Shown piece after piece: positions 6,241 through 10,654 of a stretch of DNA of 10,654 nt. Under the pieces are notes generated by a model. That model was given only the letters and a program-made list of their open reading frames with translations, was not told where the DNA came from and did not search any database. Made by a program: the position numbers and the translations under genes. This stretch comes from a virus (Duplodnaviria > Heunggongvirae > Uroviricota > Caudoviricetes), in the IMG/VR virus record IMGVR_UViG_3300028833_006001, positions 64,001 through 74,654 of that record. One strand, given 5' to 3'. The first letter of the stretch is position 1, and each line of letters starts with the position of its first letter.

Positions 6241-6892
6241 AAAATATTAATCCTTCTGGAAAAATATTATAATATTTCATTTCTTCTTTAAAATTTGGAT
6301 ATGATTCAAATGATATCTGATCAAATCGTCTATCTAATTTTAAATCAAGAATTTCCTTTTTAGTTGTCTTATAAGATTTAACAACAGGATCTTCTACTAT
6401 ATGATGTCCTGTATGATTGAAATTTGGAAATACTGTAAATACTTTACAATTATTCATTATCATTGAATCATTGTAAATATAATTTCTAAATTCATCAGTA
6501 CAAGGAACTATAAAAATTGGAGTTAATGATGTATAATATCTATGAGTATATATACCTAATAATTCTGTTGATTGTGTTTCAATTATATCAAATCCTTTTT
6601 TAGATAATTCTAATTTATCAATAGATAAAAATTTATCCTTTATATCATCAGTACACATTATAATTAAAGGATATATTCTAGCTTTCTCTTGTGCCTCTTG
6701 TATTTTTTTACTAGCTTTAGATATTGCAACACCTATCTTAAATTGTTTAAACTCATTAGATTCTTCCCATTCTGAAGCTAAATCATTACAACATTTACAA
6801 TGTTTATCATATTCTTCTTCAGTAGTTCTATCACTATTCCATTTACATATTTTACATGGATTCCATTCTCTATTCAGCTTGTTCTGGTACAT
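6239..6892 (-). CDS. Hypothetical protein with N-terminal Cys-rich motif
   Basis: 217 aa. PCKICKW...HCKCCND is a possible Zn or Fe-S site. Confidence 0.85.
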   Translation of the reverse strand: MYQNKLNREWNPCKICKWNSDRTTEEEYDKHCKCCNDLASEWEESNEFKQFKIGVAISKASKKIQEAQEKARIYPLIIMCTDDIKDKFLSIDKLELSKKGFDIIETQSTELLGIYTHRYYTSLTPIFIVPCTDEFRNYIYNDSMIMNNCKVFTVFPNFNHTGHHIVEDPVVKSYKTTKKEILDLKLDRRFDQISFESYPNFKEEMKYYNIFPEGLIF

Positions 6893-7292
6893 TGTCTATA
6901 TTATCAGTTATTTTTAAAGTAAACTCAATTTTATCACTATCATCATTTATAAAACCATTATCATATAATGCAAGATATGTTTTAATGGCTCCATCTATAC
7001 CTACATACCCTTCAAATTTTACTTCAGGATATAATCCTTCTATTACATCAAGAAGAAAATGAGAATACATATTATCATGTTCTTTATAATCACTTCTCAT
7101 AAACTCCATTATAAATGAAGAATTATGTTTACCAAGATTAACTACATTATCAACATGTTCATTTGGTCCCCAATGAGAAGATAATATTGTTTCATCTAAA
7201 TATGCTTTAGCTTCTTCAATTATATATTTATGTTCCCATCTCAATGGAGTAACTGTTATAGGAAAATCATCACTTGCCCTTACTTTAGCCAT
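6870..7292 (-). CDS. Hypothetical protein (140 aa)
   Basis: ATG ORF with short overlaps to both neighbours and phage-like composition. Confidence 0.8.
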   Translation of the reverse strand: MAKVRASDDFPITVTPLRWEHKYIIEEAKAYLDETILSSHWGPNEHVDNVVNLGKHNSSFIMEFMRSDYKEHDNMYSHFLLDVIEGLYPEVKFEGYVGIDGAIKTYLALYDNGFINDDSDKIEFTLKITDNIDNVPEQAE

Positions 7293-7465
7293 AAATTATT
7301 CCAATTAAAATCTTTTTGTATATAATCATTTAAATATTTTTCTTTACCACATTTTGAACATTTATAAATAGTACGTTTCCATCCACAGTATCTTATTGAA
7401 TCACCATGAATAGTATCTTCCCATTTATAGTCATGATTACAAAATATTTGTTTTAAAATACTCAT
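7280..7465 (-). CDS. Small Zn-ribbon-like protein (DUF1660-like)
   Basis: 61 aa with pattern IFCNHDY...YKCSKCG (CxH...CxxC), resembling small phage DUF1660-type proteins. Confidence 0.75.
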   Translation of the reverse strand: MSILKQIFCNHDYKWEDTIHGDSIRYCGWKRTIYKCSKCGKEKYLNDYIQKDFNWNNLWLK

Positions 7466-7469
7466 AATA

Positions 7470-7479
7470 TAATATAGAA
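7470..7479 (-). promoter_or_regulatory. Putative promoter motif TTCTATATTA, possibly giving a leaderless mRNA
   Basis: Exact motif only 4 nt before the ATG at 7465. Confidence 0.45.
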
Positions 7480-7508
7480 AAATGGAAGTAAATTACTTAC
7501 TTCCATTT
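7478..7508 (-). terminator. Intrinsic terminator with the HAD gene stop codon in the loop
   Basis: 11-bp stem AAATGGAAGTA (7480-7490) / TACTTCCATTT (7498-7508). The 7-nt loop contains the TAA at 7495-7493. A T5 tract follows on the - strand. Confidence 0.7.
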
Positions 7509-8038
7509 AGAATTTTTATAGATTTTTTTACATCTTCATCTGTTATTCCAACCATAAAATCTGTTTGAACAAAATATGGCATTTGTTCATCAAGCATGTC
7601 ATCATCGTCATCTATAATTACATATTTAGGATGCCTTGAAAATTTATATCTTTCATCTGATAGTTGATCACCATCAGCAGTATACATATATTCTTTTTTG
7701 CAACAATTCAAAAAATAATCTATTTCTTTACCCCTATGTCTTTCATCACTTCTTGGAGTTACTCCAACAAGATTATCAAGTATTGGTCTAAGATCTCTTT
7801 TAGATGCAAGTTGTTTCAAAGTTTGTCCTAAAGACCAATGTCTCCAAGAAGAAGATAATACAATTTTAGCATCTGTAGATTCACAGATTTTAATTACCCT
7901 TTTTACAAGATTTGGAGAAATAAGATTACATCCACCTTCTTTTATAAAAGATATATTATGATAACACCATTCAGCCCATTCATCTGAATTAATTACACCA
8001 TCTACATCAAGAAATATTATTTTATTAATTTTTTTCAT
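7493..8038 (-). CDS. HAD-superfamily phosphatase, 'Swiss Army Knife' RNA-repair type (HAD_SAK-like)
   Basis: IIFLDVDGV (motif I, DxD), KIVLSSSWR (motif II), VGVTP...RGKEI, YVIIDD (motif IV), FVQTD..GIT. This motif string is typical of the HAD_SAK families. Confidence 0.88.
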   Translation of the reverse strand: MKKINKIIFLDVDGVINSDEWAEWCYHNISFIKEGGCNLISPNLVKRVIKICESTDAKIVLSSSWRHWSLGQTLKQLASKRDLRPILDNLVGVTPRSDERHRGKEIDYFLNCCKKEYMYTADGDQLSDERYKFSRHPKYVIIDDDDDMLDEQMPYFVQTDFMVGITDEDVKKSIKILNGSK

Positions 8039-8357
8039 TTAACAAATTATTTCTTTTTAACCATTCAAGCATTAAAATAAATGTATCAAATATATCTCCA
8101 TTATTTGGAATTGGTTCAAAATGAATAAGAATATGTTTCCAATCACTATTTATTGCAAAATATGATATATCACATACAGTTACTGCTAAATCTCCACGAT
8201 GTCCATTAAAAGTAATTTCATGAGGAAGATATTTAAATATATCACCAACACTATATACACCAATAAGTGTATCTACTCTTGGTTTATTATTTAAAATTTC
8301 ATATATTCTATCAGATTGCTCTTTAGAACAAAAACCAGGAAATTTATTAATCATCAT
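8025..8357 (-). CDS. Hypothetical protein (110 aa)
   Basis: ATG ORF overlapping both neighbours. The start may be at 8354. Confidence 0.8.
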   Translation of the reverse strand: MMINKFPGFCSKEQSDRIYEILNNKPRVDTLIGVYSVGDIFKYLPHEITFNGHRGDLAVTVCDISYFAINSDWKHILIHFEPIPNNGDIFDTFILMLEWLKRNNLLNEKN

Positions 8358-8541
8358 ATTTATTATATTTATTGATTTTACATTTTACAAGAGCATCAGT
8401 TTCATGCCCATCAACTTTACATTTACCATTATAACCCCATCTACCAGCTACTGGTCCATAATCATAATAATGTTTACATGAATAACACATACCAGCATAT
8501 TTTGGTGAATCAGGATTTAAACTACAATAACCTCTTCCCAT
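8347..8541 (-). CDS. Small Cys-rich hypothetical protein (64 aa)
   Basis: MCYSCKHY...GKCK...VKCK gives a possible four-Cys metal site. Confidence 0.75.
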   Translation of the reverse strand: MGRGYCSLNPDSPKYAGMCYSCKHYYDYGPVAGRWGYNGKCKVDGHETDALVKCKINKYNKYDD

Positions 8542-8550
8542 ATATTATAT

Positions 8551-9408
8551 TTAATATTTTTTATGTTCATATAATCTATATTTTTCATTCTTAACTATTT
8601 CTCTTGATTTTACTTCTCCATCAATAGTTATCATTTCTCTTATATAATACTTAGGCATACAATCCATTACATAAAGTACAGGTTTAAGTTCACAAGCATT
8701 GATATAATTATAATCAGTAGCTCTTGGATAACCAACTCTATTATTCTTTTCATAATATACAGTAGGAGTTGTTTCGTGTGTATGACCAACAATTTGAGTC
8801 CATTGTACACCTTCTTCATCCTTATACATATCACTAAGTAATGCATTAGGTCTTACCCAAATAGGAGATGAATATACACTATCACCATACCAATCACCGC
8901 CACCAGCATATGTAAATCTAAGATTGAATAGATTAACTTCATTAAGATATTGTAATTCTATTCCATCCATCCTATTTTCTTTTAACCAAGTATTTGTAAT
9001 ACCTGCATGAGAATAAAGAGTCTTAGAAGTATAATCATATTCAACTAATTTAAGAATATGTTTATCCCATAATTCTTTAAGTTGTTCATGTGCCCATAAA
9101 TCATATCCCTTATTATATCCAGAATATTGTTCTAGACCATATTGAAGATAATGATAATCATGATTACCTAAAAGAAGTATGAAATCACCATTTTTAGTAT
9201 TTGAAAGATGCTCTTTTCTAAGAGTAAGAAGATTTGTAAATGCATCTTTAATACTATCTATAGAACCACGAAAATTATCAAAATAATCTCCAAGGTGAAT
9301 TACACTATAAGGTTTTTCATCTTGATAGATCTGATTAAGACTATCAAAATGACCATGAAAATCACCAAATATTAATCTTTTATATAACATTTTATTAAGC
9401 AGCTTCAT
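8551..9408 (-). CDS. Calcineurin-like metallophosphoesterase
   Basis: All five family motifs are present: GDFHG, GDYFD, GNHD, SHAG, VGHTH. An alternative start at 9390 (MLYKRLIFGD) avoids the overlap with the upstream gene. Confidence 0.92.
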   Translation of the reverse strand: MKLLNKMLYKRLIFGDFHGHFDSLNQIYQDEKPYSVIHLGDYFDNFRGSIDSIKDAFTNLLTLRKEHLSNTKNGDFILLLGNHDYHYLQYGLEQYSGYNKGYDLWAHEQLKELWDKHILKLVEYDYTSKTLYSHAGITNTWLKENRMDGIELQYLNEVNLFNLRFTYAGGGDWYGDSVYSSPIWVRPNALLSDMYKDEEGVQWTQIVGHTHETTPTVYYEKNNRVGYPRATDYNYINACELKPVLYVMDCMPKYYIREMITIDGEVKSREIVKNEKYRLYEHKKY

Positions 9409-10297
9409 TAAGTGAATTAAAATATTCTTTTAATTCATTAAGTTTATTATTTACTTTTTCAATTTCTTTTTTAATTTTTTCTCTATTTTGAATCATAGCA
9501 TTATACTTAGAATCATCCTTTTGAATATATCCAAACTCTGCTAGTTTTTCATACATTTTATCAGTTAAAATATATGTGCTGGCATAATAAGTAGGGCGAA
9601 AATATGAACTTACACGAATTTTTGTATTTAATGTAAATTTATCAAATTTATTAGGTAAATCATCATATTTATCTTCTTCTCTAATATCTCCATATATAAT
9701 ATCCGCTTTTACATTAGAGAATTTTTCTTTAATTTCTTTTAATGTAAGTGGATGTTCATAGTATTTTTCAATATAACCATAATATTTTATACTTTCTCTA
9801 TAAACACTTACTATAGGTCTATAGTCATCTTTATTAGTTGATCTATTTTTATATTCTTCAACCATTTTATCAATTTCTTCTGGTGTTCTTTCATTAAGAC
9901 TCCATTTAAAATTAATAAACATATTTGAATAATTTAAATCTTTTTTAAGTTCTTTAAGTTTATTTTTCAACTCACTGATTTCATCATTAGTTTTTGTTTT
10001 CTCATAAAGAACACTTTTTATTTCTTTACCACAAAAAGGACAATATTTAATTTTTATATAATTTGGTTTAGAATTATATGACTTTTCATTTTCAATATCT
10101 AATCCTTCAGCATCATAATAACAATCAGACCTTGAACGATAACTTCCATTAGCGTCAAGGATAAGCATATTTCCATTAATATATAAATCTGATTGTACAT
10201 TTACACCACTATATTGACCATAAGAAACAGCCATTGCATATCTGTTATCATAATGCATCAAATTAGTTTTATCAAGATTATCACAAAATTCACACAT
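9395..10297 (-). CDS. Hypothetical protein with split Zn ribbon (MCEFC...YCPFCG) and coiled-coil segments
   Basis: 300 aa with two CxxC pairs and two heptad helices (EISELKNKLKELKKDL; EKIKKEIEKVNNKLNELKEYF). Confidence 0.85.
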   Translation of the reverse strand: MCEFCDNLDKTNLMHYDNRYAMAVSYGQYSGVNVQSDLYINGNMLILDANGSYRSRSDCYYDAEGLDIENEKSYNSKPNYIKIKYCPFCGKEIKSVLYEKTKTNDEISELKNKLKELKKDLNYSNMFINFKWSLNERTPEEIDKMVEEYKNRSTNKDDYRPIVSVYRESIKYYGYIEKYYEHPLTLKEIKEKFSNVKADIIYGDIREEDKYDDLPNKFDKFTLNTKIRVSSYFRPTYYASTYILTDKMYEKLAEFGYIQKDDSKYNAMIQNREKIKKEIEKVNNKLNELKEYFNSLNEAA

Positions 10298-10299
10298 AA

Positions 10300-10443
10300 T
10301 TAATTGAATTTAAGCTCATTATACTTATATTTCTCATGTGTCTCCTTATTTTCATAAACAAAATAAGAAGTCATTTCATCAACATAAATAGGAACTTTTT
10401 CTACATCAACAATTTCATTGGTATTTTTTACAATTGCTTTCAT
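10300..10443 (-). CDS. Small hypothetical protein (47 aa)
   Basis: MKAIVKNTNEIVDVEK... The ATG at 10443 lies 1 nt after the upstream stop (10445), which is more plausible than the track start at 10500 inside the upstream gene. Confidence 0.7.
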   Translation of the reverse strand: MKAIVKNTNEIVDVEKVPIYVDEMTSYFVYENKETHEKYKYNELKFN

Positions 10444-10444
10444 A

Positions 10445-10654
10445 TTATCTAAATTCAAAATATTCTGGTTCTTTTTCCCAATTAAAATTAACCTTATCAA
10501 ACAATTCTTTAATTGTTTTATATAAGACAGAATTTACATATAAATTACCTTCCCATTTACCTGTCTTTTCATTTCTTTTTGGTTGTTCAGTAAATAAAAC
10601 TAAAAAACCATTTTTATTTACTGCAGCCCAACATTTTAATCCAATATTTTCCAT
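10445..10654 (-). CDS. Small hypothetical phage protein (69 aa; start at the window edge)
   Basis: WAAVNKNGFLVLFTEQPKR resembles the WxARDxDGxLxL...KPxR pattern of small phage proteins (from recall, unverified). The true start could lie outside the window. Confidence 0.75.
   Translation of the reverse strand: MENIGLKCWAAVNKNGFLVLFTEQPKRNEKTGKWEGNLYVNSVLYKTIKELFDKVNFNWEKEPEYFEFR

Noticed and set aside
5943-7062. + strand ORFs 5943-6209 and 6856-7062
   Set aside because: Both are antisense to tightly coupled - strand genes and lack supporting signals.
10444-10500. Longer start (10500) for the 10300 gene
   Set aside because: It would overlap the upstream gene by 56 nt. The ATG at 10443 directly follows the upstream stop.
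1-10654. TAG recoding (genetic code 15, as in Lak and some crAss-like phages)
   Set aside because: ORFs tile the window and conserved domains are intact in code 11. The two TAG-ending genes (6239, 6870) would gain only 4 and 6 residues on read-through, and one TAG abuts a terminator.
1-10654. CRISPR array, integrase, transposase, intron or intein
   Set aside because: No regularly spaced repeats or diagnostic motifs were seen, and all recognisable genes appear uninterrupted.

Overview
AT-rich (about 20-27% GC in sampled lines), densely coding segment that reads cleanly in genetic code 11. It most likely comes from a large lytic (jumbo-type) phage; A-rich leaders without Shine-Dalgarno motifs suggest a Bacteroidota host (inference). 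Layout: a + strand block (3' part of a large unknown gene, a coiled-coil protein, a membrane-anchored coiled-coil protein), a - strand Pol-beta-superfamily nucleotidyltransferase, a lone + strand acidic protein, then a long - strand run. That run holds a TROVE/vWA (Ro60-like) protein, a YodL-like protein, a HAD 'Swiss Army Knife' RNA-repair-type phosphatase, a calcineurin-like metallophosphoesterase and about ten small hypothetical proteins, four of them Cys-rich. Main points: (i) four genes of RNA end-healing/repair-associated families lie within about 7.3 kb; (ii) the TROVE gene is a separately insulated island of about 40% GC with different codon usage; (iii) a repeated regulatory module in which a terminator hairpin overlaps the stop codon and its U-tract runs into a TTCTATA(T/A)(T/A)A promoter-like motif; (iv) two orphan copies of that motif point at a GNRA-capped hairpin just downstream of TROVE, a weak small-RNA candidate. 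No tRNA, rRNA, CRISPR array, integrase or transposase was seen.
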